From Candidatus Krumholzibacteriia bacterium (lineage in GTDB: Bacteria > Krumholzibacteriota > Krumholzibacteriia > WVZY01 > JAKEHA01), in assembly GCA_029865265.1 (NCBI GenBank), contig JAOUHG010000001.1, positions 93,213-157,212 on the forward strand: 64,000 nt of DNA, read 5' to 3'. Numbering within the stretch: position 1 is the stretch's first letter; every line of letters starts with the position of its first letter. Below, piece after piece: positions 30,467-39,506 of this stretch. Both the position numbers and the translations under genes were made by a program. The notes under the pieces are model-generated. The model worked only from the letters and a program-made list of their open reading frames with translations. It searched no databases and was not told where the DNA came from.

Positions 30467-31786
30467 ATGCGCCGTTACTTACCTATTGTTCCTCTTCTCA
30501 TCGCGATCCTCGCGGGCTGCGCGGGCAATCCGCCGGAGCCGACCACAGGTGTGGGCGATCCCTGCCGCGTGTCCGGACCGCACGATGGCACGGGGCCCGA
30601 CACGGTGTGGATTGCTGCCTCGCCGACAGAATGGGGCGCCAATGATTACATGCGGCTATTTATCGTGAATCGGTTTCCCACGCTGATCACAGTCGATTGC
30701 AATGGAGACATCCGCCCTGGGCTCGCAGAGATCGAGAGTGGTGCCGAAAGGCGTTGGGTATTGAAGATTCGCAACGACATCCGGTTCGCAAACGGCGAGA
30801 TTGCCGGGCCCGGCGATGTCGTCGACTCCTGGCGGCAGGCCATCGCCCTTGGGGCGGGCGTGGATTCCGTTGTGGCGCTCGATAACAGGCGCGTGGAAGT
30901 GTTTCTGGAGAGGCCGGGAATCGAAGCGTTGGCGTCGCCGGATCTGATGGTGCGTTCTTCGCGGGATTCTGCTGCTCCTCTGAAGGGGGCGCCGGGATTC
31001 ACGTTTGGTGCCCCCGAGGATCCACGCGACATGCTGGCGCGAACGTCCATCCTGCTGTCCAGAGACCCCGGTCTCGTCGCATACGCGGAGGAGAGGGGCA
31101 TGGTAGTGTTCGAGCTCCCATACGATCGAACGTACATGCTCCTCGCACCGTCACGCGTGAGAGATGTTTCAGCTGCTGCCGGCCCCGCGCATCCGAGTCC
31201 GGATCTTCGCCGCGACCTTGCGGCGGCTGTTCGCGAAGGGGAGGTTCGAGCCGCCGGGAGGGCGAACTGGTGGACCGATCTCCTCGATGGCTGTGGCCCG
31301 CTGGTACCCGTTCCCGCGTCAATGGCGGGCCTGCCGGACATCGACGGTTCCGTGGAGACGATCTTCTATGACGAGGAGGACGCCGTCGCGCGCGATCTAT
31401 CCGAGAGAATCGTCGCACTCACCGCCACCGACACGTTGCAGTCCCGGCCGGCCCGGGATCTCTTCCGCAGCCTGCCGGCGATTCGCCCGGGGAACGTGGT
31501 CGCGCGAGGGATAAGCGCGGAAGTGCTTCAGGGGTACCTTGAGGCCGGCAAGGCATTCGCCTTCGTCACCAGCGTCCGCAACCCGGTGGAAGACACGTGC
31601 GGATCCGCGCGTGACCTCTTCCGCCGTGCGCCGTGGCTGGCCGCTGGCGGCGCAGATTTACGCGACGTCGTGCTGGAGCTGGTAGATTTGTCGTCATATG
31701 TGATTCTTACCAACAGCAACGTTACCGTCACGTGGGACATCTACGGCAACGTACGTATCGTACCGCCGCCTGCGGAGCTGCCATGA
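30467..31786 (+). CDS. lipoprotein with a solute-binding-protein (family 5, DppA-like)-type region
   Basis: Lipobox (LIAILAGCAG) and a segment resembling the family-5 SBP signature (IRFANGEIAGPGDVVDSWRQ). Its stop overlaps the start of the downstream histidine kinase (ATGA). Confidence 0.45.
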   Translation: MRRYLPIVPLLIAILAGCAGNPPEPTTGVGDPCRVSGPHDGTGPDTVWIAASPTEWGANDYMRLFIVNRFPTLITVDCNGDIRPGLAEIESGAERRWVLKIRNDIRFANGEIAGPGDVVDSWRQAIALGAGVDSVVALDNRRVEVFLERPGIEALASPDLMVRSSRDSAAPLKGAPGFTFGAPEDPRDMLARTSILLSRDPGLVAYAEERGMVVFELPYDRTYMLLAPSRVRDVSAAAGPAHPSPDLRRDLAAAVREGEVRAAGRANWWTDLLDGCGPLVPVPASMAGLPDIDGSVETIFYDEEDAVARDLSERIVALTATDTLQSRPARDLFRSLPAIRPGNVVARGISAEVLQGYLEAGKAFAFVTSVRNPVEDTCGSARDLFRRAPWLAAGGADLRDVVLELVDLSSYVILTNSNVTVTWDIYGNVRIVPPPAELP

Positions 31787-33450
31787 GTTTTCGTGCGAGG
31801 CTCACGCTTGGCTTTCTCGCCGTTGCGATCGTGCCGATGCTGGTGCTCGGGGCTTTCGTGCGGCGAGAGATGACGGGCCGCCTGTCGGCGCAGTTCGAGC
31901 GCCGGGTGGAAGCGCTGACGGGCGTGGTGGAACGCGACCTGGCCGCGGAGCGGGACGCCATCCACGCCGCCCTTGCGCCCATCGCCGACCGCATGACCGA
32001 CGACACCCGCTTTCGCCGCGCCGCGGTGGACGGTGCTACCGACGAGCGTCGCTACCTGCTCGACTACGCCGGCGTCGCCATGCGCCTGGCGGGTCTGTCC
32101 ATGTTGCAGATCCAGGACGCGGACGGCCGCGTCATCAGTTCCGGGCACTTTCGCAACGACTACGACCGCGTGGACGCGCAGCTGCCGGTGCTGCTCTCCC
32201 GCGCCCCCGGTGGCGTGGCTTTGGTTCGCGCGCGCACTCCCGAGACCTCGTTTCTCGCCTTGGCGGGCGCGGACTCGGTGATGGTGGGGCGCAAGCACTT
32301 CTGGCTGGTCGGCGGCATCGAGGCGGAGTCGCGCCTGCTGGGGCGGCTGTCGCGCGGAGAGGACATGCGGGTGACACTGGTGCTGCCCGGTGACTCGGCC
32401 GCTGCAGGGGATGCGGTGGCGCGAACACTCACGGTTCCTGTTATCGGCGAAGCCGGCATGCAGATGGCTTCCATTCGTGTGGCGCACGACGTGAGCGAAT
32501 TGCACGCGCTGCGCGCCAGCATCGACCGCTGGATCCTGATCGCCGTGCTCTTGACCGGCGTGGCCGCGGTGCTCCTGGCCGGGATCATCGCCGCGCGCAT
32601 GGGCCAGCCCATCGTTGAGCTGGCGCGGCGGGCCGAGAGCGTCGATCTCGATCGCCTCGACGCGGATTTTGCCAGCGAACGCCGTGACGAAGTGGGTGTG
32701 CTGCAGCGATCGCTCGGTGCCATGGTTTCGAGGTTGCGTGAGAGTGCTTCCGCGCTGCGTGACGCCGAGCGCCGCGCCACCCTCGGAGAGATCGCGCGCC
32801 AGGTGAACCACGACATCAAGAACGGTCTTACACCCATTCGCAACGTGTTCCGTCACCTCGACGAGCAGGCCACCGTGGAGCCCACCTCGTTGCCGCGTGT
32901 GTATGGCGAGCGCCGCGAGACCATCGACGCCTCCATCGCATACCTGGAGACGCTTGCGTCGAATTATGCAAAACTGGCCCGGCGGGGTGGGAAGCCGCGC
33001 ACCAACCTCGGAGACGTGGTGCGTGGCGTGGTGAGCAGCCGCTCGGGGGCACCTGCTTTGAAACTGCGTGCCGAAGGGCCCGACGTGTTCGTGAATGCCG
33101 ACCCGGTTGCGCTGCGCCGCATTGTGGAGAACCTGGTGAGCAACGCCATCGACAGCATCCATAACGGAGACGGGCAGGTGACGGTGTCCACCGCGGCGGT
33201 GGGGGATGTGCGCACCGGGCGCGTGCGGCTGGCCGTCACCGACACCGGCAGCGGCATCGCGCCGGAACTGCAGGAGAAGATCTTCGGCGACTTCTACACC
33301 ACCAAACCCGACGGCACCGGTCTGGGCCTCTCCATTGTGCGGCGCATGGTCATGGACCTCGATGGCACCATCGCGCTGGATAGCGAACCCGGCAAGGGAA
33401 GCCGTTTTGTTGTCGAATTGCCCGCGGCCGCACCGGAGGTGAAGGAATGA
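31785..33450 (+). CDS. sensor histidine kinase (two TM helices, periplasmic domain, HAMP, HisKA, HATPase_c)
   Basis: TM1 (LTLGFLAVAIVPMLVLGAFV), a periplasmic segment, TM2 (WILIAVLLTGVAAVLLAGIIAA), an H-box (LGEIARQVNHDIKNGLTPI), N box, and G1/G2 boxes (VTDTGSGI...GTGLGLS). Confidence 0.75.
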
Positions 33451-34802
33451 TCCGCGTGCTCATCGTGGACGACGTCAGGAACCTGGCCGACCAGTACGCC
33501 TATGACCTCAAGCGCATGGGCGGCTTCGAGACGCGCGTGGCCACATCGGGCAAGGAGGCGCTGGATCTCATCGCCTGGGATCCGGTGGACTGCGTGATCC
33601 TGGACCTGGAGATGCCTGGCATCGACGGGTTCGAGGTGCTGCGCACCATGGACCGCGAGGGCCATGGTATCCCCGTGATCGTATACACCGGCACCGGCAA
33701 CTACGACCGCTGCGTGCAGGCGGTTCGCTTGGGTGCCGCCGGCTTCATCGACAAGTCGGAACCCATGGCGCGGGTGGTGCATGAGGTGGAGACGGCGCTG
33801 GAGCGCGCACGGCTGCGCGAAGAAGTAAAGAGCCTGCGCGGCGACGCCGACACGGCCCTCATCGGCACCAGCGCACCGGCGCGGGCACTGGCGCAGCATA
33901 TTGCGCGCGTGGCTGCCATTCCCAGCACGGTGCTGATCGTGGGCGAGAGCGGCACCGGCAAGGAAGTGGTGGCGCGCGAGCTGCACCGCCTGGGACCGCA
34001 CCCGGAGGGGCCGTTCGTGGCGGTGAACAGCGCCGCACTCCCCGACAACCTGGTGGAGAGCGAGCTGTTCGGGCACGAACGCGGCGCGTTCACCGGCGCC
34101 AATCGCACCCACCGCGGCGCCTTCGAGCGCGCGTCGGGCGGAACGCTGTTCCTGGATGAAATCGGCGAGTTGCCGGCAGCGGTGCAGGCCAAACTGTTGC
34201 GCGTGCTGGAGCAGAACGAGATTACGCGCGTGGGTGGTGAGCAGAGCATCAAGGTGGCCGCGCGGGTCATCGCGGCCACGCACCGCGATCTCGAGGCGGA
34301 CGTGGACGCAGGGCGCTTCCGGCGCGATCTGTTCTTTCGCATCAACGTGCACCTGCTGCCCGTTCCGCCGCTCGCCGACCGGCGCTCCGACATTCCGGAA
34401 CTCGCCAACCATTTTCTCACCGCGACCTGTGCCAGCTTCAAGACCCGGCGCAAGCACCTCGATCGGGAGGCGCTCGAAGCGCTCATGGCGTACGACTGGC
34501 ACCGCAACAACGTGCGCGAATTGCGCAATGCCGTGGAGCGCATGGTGCTGGCAACCGACGGCGCGGTGATCACCCTCGCGGACGTGCCCGCCGACATCCG
34601 GCCGCCAACCGATGCCGCGAGCCCGCCGTCGGGTGCCACCAGTTTCCGCGACCGGAAGCTCGAGGCCGAGCGGCAGATCGTGGTGGGTGCGCTGGAGGCG
34701 GCGGAATGGAACGTCACCCGCGCTGCCGCCGACCTGGGCCTGGCCGACCACGCCAGCCTGCAGAAGATCATGCGCCGTCTGGGCATCCGGCGGCCGCGCT
34801 AG
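33447..34802 (+). CDS. sigma-54-dependent response regulator (NtrC family): REC + AAA+ + Fis-type HTH
   Basis: Receiver domain (VLIVDD...DCVILDLEMPGIDG), Walker A (GESGTGKE), a GAFTGA-like loop (RGAFTGA), ESELFGHE, and a C-terminal HTH (NVTRAAADLGLADHASLQKIMRRLGI). Confidence 0.85.
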   Translation: MIRVLIVDDVRNLADQYAYDLKRMGGFETRVATSGKEALDLIAWDPVDCVILDLEMPGIDGFEVLRTMDREGHGIPVIVYTGTGNYDRCVQAVRLGAAGFIDKSEPMARVVHEVETALERARLREEVKSLRGDADTALIGTSAPARALAQHIARVAAIPSTVLIVGESGTGKEVVARELHRLGPHPEGPFVAVNSAALPDNLVESELFGHERGAFTGANRTHRGAFERASGGTLFLDEIGELPAAVQAKLLRVLEQNEITRVGGEQSIKVAARVIAATHRDLEADVDAGRFRRDLFFRINVHLLPVPPLADRRSDIPELANHFLTATCASFKTRRKHLDREALEALMAYDWHRNNVRELRNAVERMVLATDGAVITLADVPADIRPPTDAASPPSGATSFRDRKLEAERQIVVGALEAAEWNVTRAAADLGLADHASLQKIMRRLGIRRPR

Positions 34803-34803
34803 C

Positions 34804-34855
34804 TGTGTCCTCTCGGACACAAGCCATCCCACGGGCTGTGTGTCCAGCCAGACAC
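34804..34855 (+). promoter_or_regulatory. two tandem inverted repeats sharing GTGTC/GACAC half-sites (candidate enhancer/UAS for the NtrC-type regulator)
   Basis: TGTGTCC-tctc-GGACACA (34804-34821) and GTGTC-cagcca-GACAC (34840-34855), ~90-130 bp upstream of the -24/-12 element. Confidence 0.4.
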
Positions 34856-34931
34856 TAGCCCGCCGCCGACCCATCCCACCGTTCTCGGTAACTAGTTGTA
34901 AAATAAAGCTATTAAAGAGACAGCCGCCCCC

Positions 34932-34947
34932 TGGCGGCGCGCTTGCG
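34932..34947 (+). promoter_or_regulatory. sigma-54 (-24/-12) promoter candidate
   Basis: TGGCGGCGCGCTTGCG has GG and GC at the canonical spacing of the TGGCAC-N5-TTGC consensus, ~45 nt upstream of the ATG at 34992 and followed by an AGGAGG RBS. Confidence 0.5.
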
Positions 34948-34991
34948 ATATCCCCTCCCCGGAGCCGAACAACGGCCCAGGAGGTAAGACC

Positions 34992-36026
34992 ATGTTGAAA
35001 GAACAGAAGTTCATGAGTCCCGTAGCATTGTTTGCGGCCGCGGCCGCACTCGCCGTGTTCGCCGCAGGGTGCGGCACCGACGAGGAAACGTTTCAGAGCA
35101 AGAACACCGTCAAGACCACCCCTGCGCCCCCGGCCCATGTGGCGACCACGCCGCCGGCGCGCACGCCGCTGGTCACCGTGCCGGAAGTTCCGGAGCCGCC
35201 GCGCGAGGTGACCTACGAAGAGGCGGAGGCGGCGTACAACGCGAAGCGCTACGACGAGGCGTGCGATCTTTTCATGCGTTACAGCGAGCGCAAGCCCGAC
35301 AATCCGTGGGGGCACTATATGCTGGGGCTCTCCGCGTGGAAGGCCGGCGCGCTCGAAACCGCCGAGACCGAGTTCAGGCGCACCATCGCGCTCGACACGA
35401 CGCACGTGAAGAGCTACGTCAACCTGGCGCGCGTGCTGCTGGACGCCGGACGTCCGGGCGAGGCGTACACCAATGCCGACAACGCGCTCATCATCGACGC
35501 GTCCTCGGTGGCGGCGTGGCGCGTGAAGGGCCGCGTGTGCCACACACTGGGACGCACCGACGAAGCCGTGGGTGCGTATCGCAACGCGATCCGGCTGGAC
35601 CCCGAAGACGCGTGGTCGATGAACAACCTCGCGTTCATCTGGATCGAGCAGGAGCGATTCGAGGAGGCGCTGGGGCCACTGGCGCGCGCCATCGAGTTGC
35701 GTGGCGACGTGGCCGTGTTCCACAACAACCTCGGTATGGCATTGGAGCGAAGCGGCCACCCGTTGGCCGCGGAGGCCGAGTATGTCGCCGCGACCAACGC
35801 CGACCCGTTGTACGAAAAGGCCGCGTTGAATGGCGAACGCATCGCCCAGGTTTTGAAGGGTCCCGACGAAGTACCGGTGGATCTTGCGGGCCTCGCGCGC
35901 GACTTCGTCACCGGGATCGATGGAACGGACGAACCCGCGCTGGCGACCGCGACACCGGACCGCGCAGAGGTGCCGCCCGTGACATCGTCCGCGCCGGACT
36001 CCACGTTGGCCGACTCGAAGCGCTGA
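34992..36026 (+). CDS. TPR-repeat lipoprotein
   Basis: Signal plus lipobox (VALFAAAAALAVFAAGCG) followed by 5-6 TPR units (WGHYMLGLSAWKAG..., YVNLARVLLDAG..., WSMNNLAFIWIEQ...). Confidence 0.7.
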   Translation: MLKEQKFMSPVALFAAAAALAVFAAGCGTDEETFQSKNTVKTTPAPPAHVATTPPARTPLVTVPEVPEPPREVTYEEAEAAYNAKRYDEACDLFMRYSERKPDNPWGHYMLGLSAWKAGALETAETEFRRTIALDTTHVKSYVNLARVLLDAGRPGEAYTNADNALIIDASSVAAWRVKGRVCHTLGRTDEAVGAYRNAIRLDPEDAWSMNNLAFIWIEQERFEEALGPLARAIELRGDVAVFHNNLGMALERSGHPLAAEAEYVAATNADPLYEKAALNGERIAQVLKGPDEVPVDLAGLARDFVTGIDGTDEPALATATPDRAEVPPVTSSAPDSTLADSKR

Positions 36027-36047
36027 CGCCGATGCCGTCCATTATCA

Positions 36048-36078
36048 CAGCCCCGTCCCGCACGCCGGGACGGGGCTG
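36048..36078 (+). terminator. 13-bp perfect GC-rich hairpin after the TPR gene (terminator or attenuator; no T-run)
   Basis: CAGCCCCGTCCCG-cacgc-CGGGACGGGGCTG. Confidence 0.35.
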
Positions 36079-36107
36079 TTGCCCGGTGGGGGAGAGCTAA
36101 CCCGTTA

Positions 36108-37262
36108 TTGCTCAAGGTTGTAAGCCAGTCGCCAACCGTGCTAGAATGGATGCTTGCGGCGCGGTCCCCGCGCCCAACCACCTGGAGCACAGCCTTTTTG
36201 CGGACCCTCTATTCCATCACCGAAGCGACCGGCATCAACCGGTTGTTCGCACACCTCAACCGGACCCAACCCATCGTGCTCGCCTTCCACGGGGTAACCG
36301 CGGAAGCGCCCGGCAACCTGTGCAACCACGAGGGCAAGCACCTGTATCTGCCCATCTTTGAGCGGCTCATGGAACACGTGGCCCGCAACTATGCGGTGGT
36401 GCCCCTGGCGCAGGTGGCGGACTGGGTGGATGGCCGCGCAAAGCTGCCCGAGAACGCGGTTGCACTCACGTTCGATGATGGCTACCGCAACGTGTTCACC
36501 AACGCGGCCCCGGTTCTGAAACGGCTCGGCATGCCTTCGACATTGTTCGTGGTAACGGACTTCGTGTTCCACCAGCGTATGCTGTGGCCGGATCGTCTCA
36601 TGAGTGCGATTGCCATGACCCACGCGCCGCGCGTGTCGGTACCGGCAAGCGGCGGGCAACTGGAACTCCCCCTGGGTGACGACCGCGAGAGGCGCGCGGC
36701 CGACGCTTACATCTGCGCGCTGTGCAAGCGCATGCCCGAGAAGGACAAGCAGAGCTTCCTGGACTACGTCATCGGGGAGATGCACGTTCCTGAGCAGGAG
36801 ATCATCGGTGCGTGGCAGGATCACGCCCCCATCCAGCCAGACGAACTGAGGGAACTGAAGGAGTACGGCATGGAAATCGGGTCGCACACCTGCAGCCACG
36901 GTATTGTGACGCGTTTCACGCCGGACGCAATGACGCACGAACTCGCCGTCTCCAAACTGCTGCTGGAGCAGGTTACCGGCCGCCCGTGCGCGGAGTTCAG
37001 CTACCCGAACGGGGCCATCGGCGATTTCAACGATGAGAGCCGCACCCACGTGACCAGGGCCGGTTACCGTTGTGCGGTGACCACGGTGAAGCGTCGCGTC
37101 GCACGCGGCGACGATCGTTACCAGATTCCAAGGTGTATCCTCACCCACAATCAAATTACGACCGCGGAGTTCTCCGCCCATGTCAGCGGCTTGCCGGCCT
37201 TTCTGCGCGCGGTTCGAGCGCGTGTAACCGGGGCGGGCCCGGCGCAGGAAACCGCGGCGTGA
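36108..37262 (+). CDS. polysaccharide deacetylase (NodB-homology, carbohydrate esterase 4 family)
   Basis: NodB motifs TFDDGY (motif 1) and later His-containing motifs; resembles the PEP-CTERM-locus type deacetylases. Confidence 0.7.
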   Translation: MLKVVSQSPTVLEWMLAARSPRPTTWSTAFLRTLYSITEATGINRLFAHLNRTQPIVLAFHGVTAEAPGNLCNHEGKHLYLPIFERLMEHVARNYAVVPLAQVADWVDGRAKLPENAVALTFDDGYRNVFTNAAPVLKRLGMPSTLFVVTDFVFHQRMLWPDRLMSAIAMTHAPRVSVPASGGQLELPLGDDRERRAADAYICALCKRMPEKDKQSFLDYVIGEMHVPEQEIIGAWQDHAPIQPDELRELKEYGMEIGSHTCSHGIVTRFTPDAMTHELAVSKLLLEQVTGRPCAEFSYPNGAIGDFNDESRTHVTRAGYRCAVTTVKRRVARGDDRYQIPRCILTHNQITTAEFSAHVSGLPAFLRAVRARVTGAGPAQETAA

Positions 37263-37290
37263 GACCCTGTTGGCAAGGAACTGGCCGCCC

Positions 37291-38379
37291 ATGAACAAGC
37301 ACACGCTGCCCATCGTCGCCTACCAGCCCGATCAGCACGCCGAGGCGCTGTTCCGATTCATCGAAAAGGTCCTGGGCAAGGAGATGTGCGAGCGCCGCCG
37401 CCGCGTCATCGAGACCATGCATACCACCATGCCCGGTCACGATCGCTTTCCGCTGCGCCACGTCATCGTGGACGGCGACCGCATCGCGGGAACGCTGGGT
37501 TACATGCCGGCGGACTTCTGGGTGAACGGCAAGCGGGTGGCGGTGCGCTTCACCCACGACCTGCTGGTGGACCCGGACTACCGTGGCGCGGGACTGGGCC
37601 GGTTGATCGTGGACAACGCGCGCGCGCTGGGGGACTTCTTTCCGGGGGGCATGTGGATGACGGATCCGTGCCGCAAGATCCATGTGGATTGCGGCTTCAA
37701 GGATGCAACTCCCCTGGTGACATACAGCCTGGTGCTGGACCCGGTGGCGTTCGTGGTGCGCAAGAGCATGTCGGGGCTCAAGGGTCTTGCCAGCCGCACG
37801 GCGCTTTCCGCAAGCCGGACGTTCGCGCTGGCGCGGGCGCGGAGGCTGGCGTCACACACTTCGCTGCGCGAGGTAGAGCGCTTCGATCCGTCAATGGATG
37901 GCGCATGGGAAACCCTCGCGCGCGGCTATGGCATCACCCGTGTGCGCGACGCCGCCTATCTCAACTGGAAGTACTCGGACCATCCCTCGCTGGACTACCA
38001 CAATCTCGTCGCGATGCGTGCCGACACGCCCACCGGCTTCCTGGTGTGGCGGCTCGCGCCGCCGGGCGCGGAGGAGAAGCGGGCGGTGGCGGTCGATTTC
38101 CTCACCGCCCGCGGCGATGCGCAGACGTTGCGCCGGTTGATTGCGCGCGTGGTGGTGGAAGCGCACGCGGCGGGTATGGAATCGGTCTCGGTGTTGACCA
38201 CCCAGACATGGGCGGCGAGCACCCTGCGCGGCCTGGGCTTCATGCCGCGCGCGGCCCGCAACACCTGGGTAGTGGCCGGGTGGGAGAAGGTCATTCCTTA
38301 CGAGTGGCTTTCCGACACCACCGCCTGGCACGTGTGCCTGGGCGATTCCGACGGAGACATGTGGACGGGGAGCATCTAG
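37291..38379 (+). CDS. GNAT-fold acyltransferase of the FemAB/BioF2-like type
   Basis: ~360 aa with a GNAT core (LLVDPDYRGAGLGRLIVDNA) and a long C-terminal extension; follows the deacetylase by 8-30 nt. Confidence 0.5.
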   Translation: MNKHTLPIVAYQPDQHAEALFRFIEKVLGKEMCERRRRVIETMHTTMPGHDRFPLRHVIVDGDRIAGTLGYMPADFWVNGKRVAVRFTHDLLVDPDYRGAGLGRLIVDNARALGDFFPGGMWMTDPCRKIHVDCGFKDATPLVTYSLVLDPVAFVVRKSMSGLKGLASRTALSASRTFALARARRLASHTSLREVERFDPSMDGAWETLARGYGITRVRDAAYLNWKYSDHPSLDYHNLVAMRADTPTGFLVWRLAPPGAEEKRAVAVDFLTARGDAQTLRRLIARVVVEAHAAGMESVSVLTTQTWAASTLRGLGFMPRAARNTWVVAGWEKVIPYEWLSDTTAWHVCLGDSDGDMWTGSI

Positions 38380-38390
38380 CGCCGCGGGGT

Positions 38391-39440
38391 CTAGTGCTGC
38401 GTCGGGAAGACCGCGTTCCAGTCGTCCCGCATGTCCACCACCAGCCAGTGCTTTGCGCGCGCCTCATCGAGCGCCTTGTCCAGCCGTCCTATCGGTGACT
38501 CGCGATCGTAGGCCCATTCACGTCCGTCGTCGGTGTGATGGATGAGCGCCGCGAGCCGCGGTCCGGGTCCACCGGCGGTCCACTGCAGCATCTGCAGGTC
38601 GCCGTCTGAGTTTCCGAACGCGATGACCGGCCGCCGCCCGATGAAGCGCTGGATGCCGATCGGCTTTTCTTCCTTGTCGTCGATGAACTCGAGCTCGGGA
38701 AGACGCGTCAGGACCGGCGTTCCGTCCTTGCGAATCTCGAACCTGGTCTTGATCTGGCTTCCGATGACCTGCTCGGGGGGAATGCCATACACGCCTTCGG
38801 TCCAGGGACGCATGAAGTCGATGCCGCCGCCGGACACGATGTAGGTCTTGTAGCCGCGCTCGCGCAGGTAAGACAACAGTTCCAGCATGGGCTGATACGC
38901 GCACTGGATGTACGCCCTGTCCAGCGTGGGATGCGACGACACCGCCACCCAGTCCTTCACGATCTCCGCAAACTCATCCGTGGTCATGCCCGCGTGCGTT
39001 GCCATGACGATCTCCGCGATGGCCTTGTGTCCGCCGGCGAGTGCGCCTCTCGTGTCGCCCGCCAGCAGGGAGCGGAATGGCTCGCGGTTGCGCCACTCGG
39101 GATGTTGGGGGGCGAGGACCTTCACACGGTCGATCGCGAACGCGAGCTGGATGTACATGGGCTGCTCGGCCCACAGCGTGCCGTCGTTGTCGAATACCGC
39201 GACTCGTTCACGCTCTGGAACGAACTCGGGGTCGCCCGGCGAGGACGTGTGGCGCACGAAGTCCAGGATGGCCGTCTTTACCGGGCCGTCGTTCCACGAG
39301 GGGAGCGGGTCGGTGGCCACGGCGGACGCGGTCGCTTCTTCCTGCGAATCGTTGGACGATCGCGAGCATCCCCACACGAACACCGCGCTGGCGGTGAGTA
39401 CGACGAGCCACAAGCATGAAAACTTCTCAATCAGACGCAT
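38391..39440 (-). CDS. secreted HAD-superfamily hydrolase (acid-phosphatase-like)
   Basis: Lipoprotein-type signal (LWLVVLTASAVFVWGCS), HAD motif I (VFDNDGTLW) and motif IV (GNSDGD). Start is set at the ATG preceded by GGGAGG. Confidence 0.65.
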   Translation of the reverse strand: MRLIEKFSCLWLVVLTASAVFVWGCSRSSNDSQEEATASAVATDPLPSWNDGPVKTAILDFVRHTSSPGDPEFVPERERVAVFDNDGTLWAEQPMYIQLAFAIDRVKVLAPQHPEWRNREPFRSLLAGDTRGALAGGHKAIAEIVMATHAGMTTDEFAEIVKDWVAVSSHPTLDRAYIQCAYQPMLELLSYLRERGYKTYIVSGGGIDFMRPWTEGVYGIPPEQVIGSQIKTRFEIRKDGTPVLTRLPELEFIDDKEEKPIGIQRFIGRRPVIAFGNSDGDLQMLQWTAGGPGPRLAALIHHTDDGREWAYDRESPIGRLDKALDEARAKHWLVVDMRDDWNAVFPTQH

Positions 39441-39506
39441 TGTTTTCCTCCCTGCGCGCAGTATACCACCGTGCAGGAGGTGCGTCACCAATCGGGGCAA
39501 ATCGCG

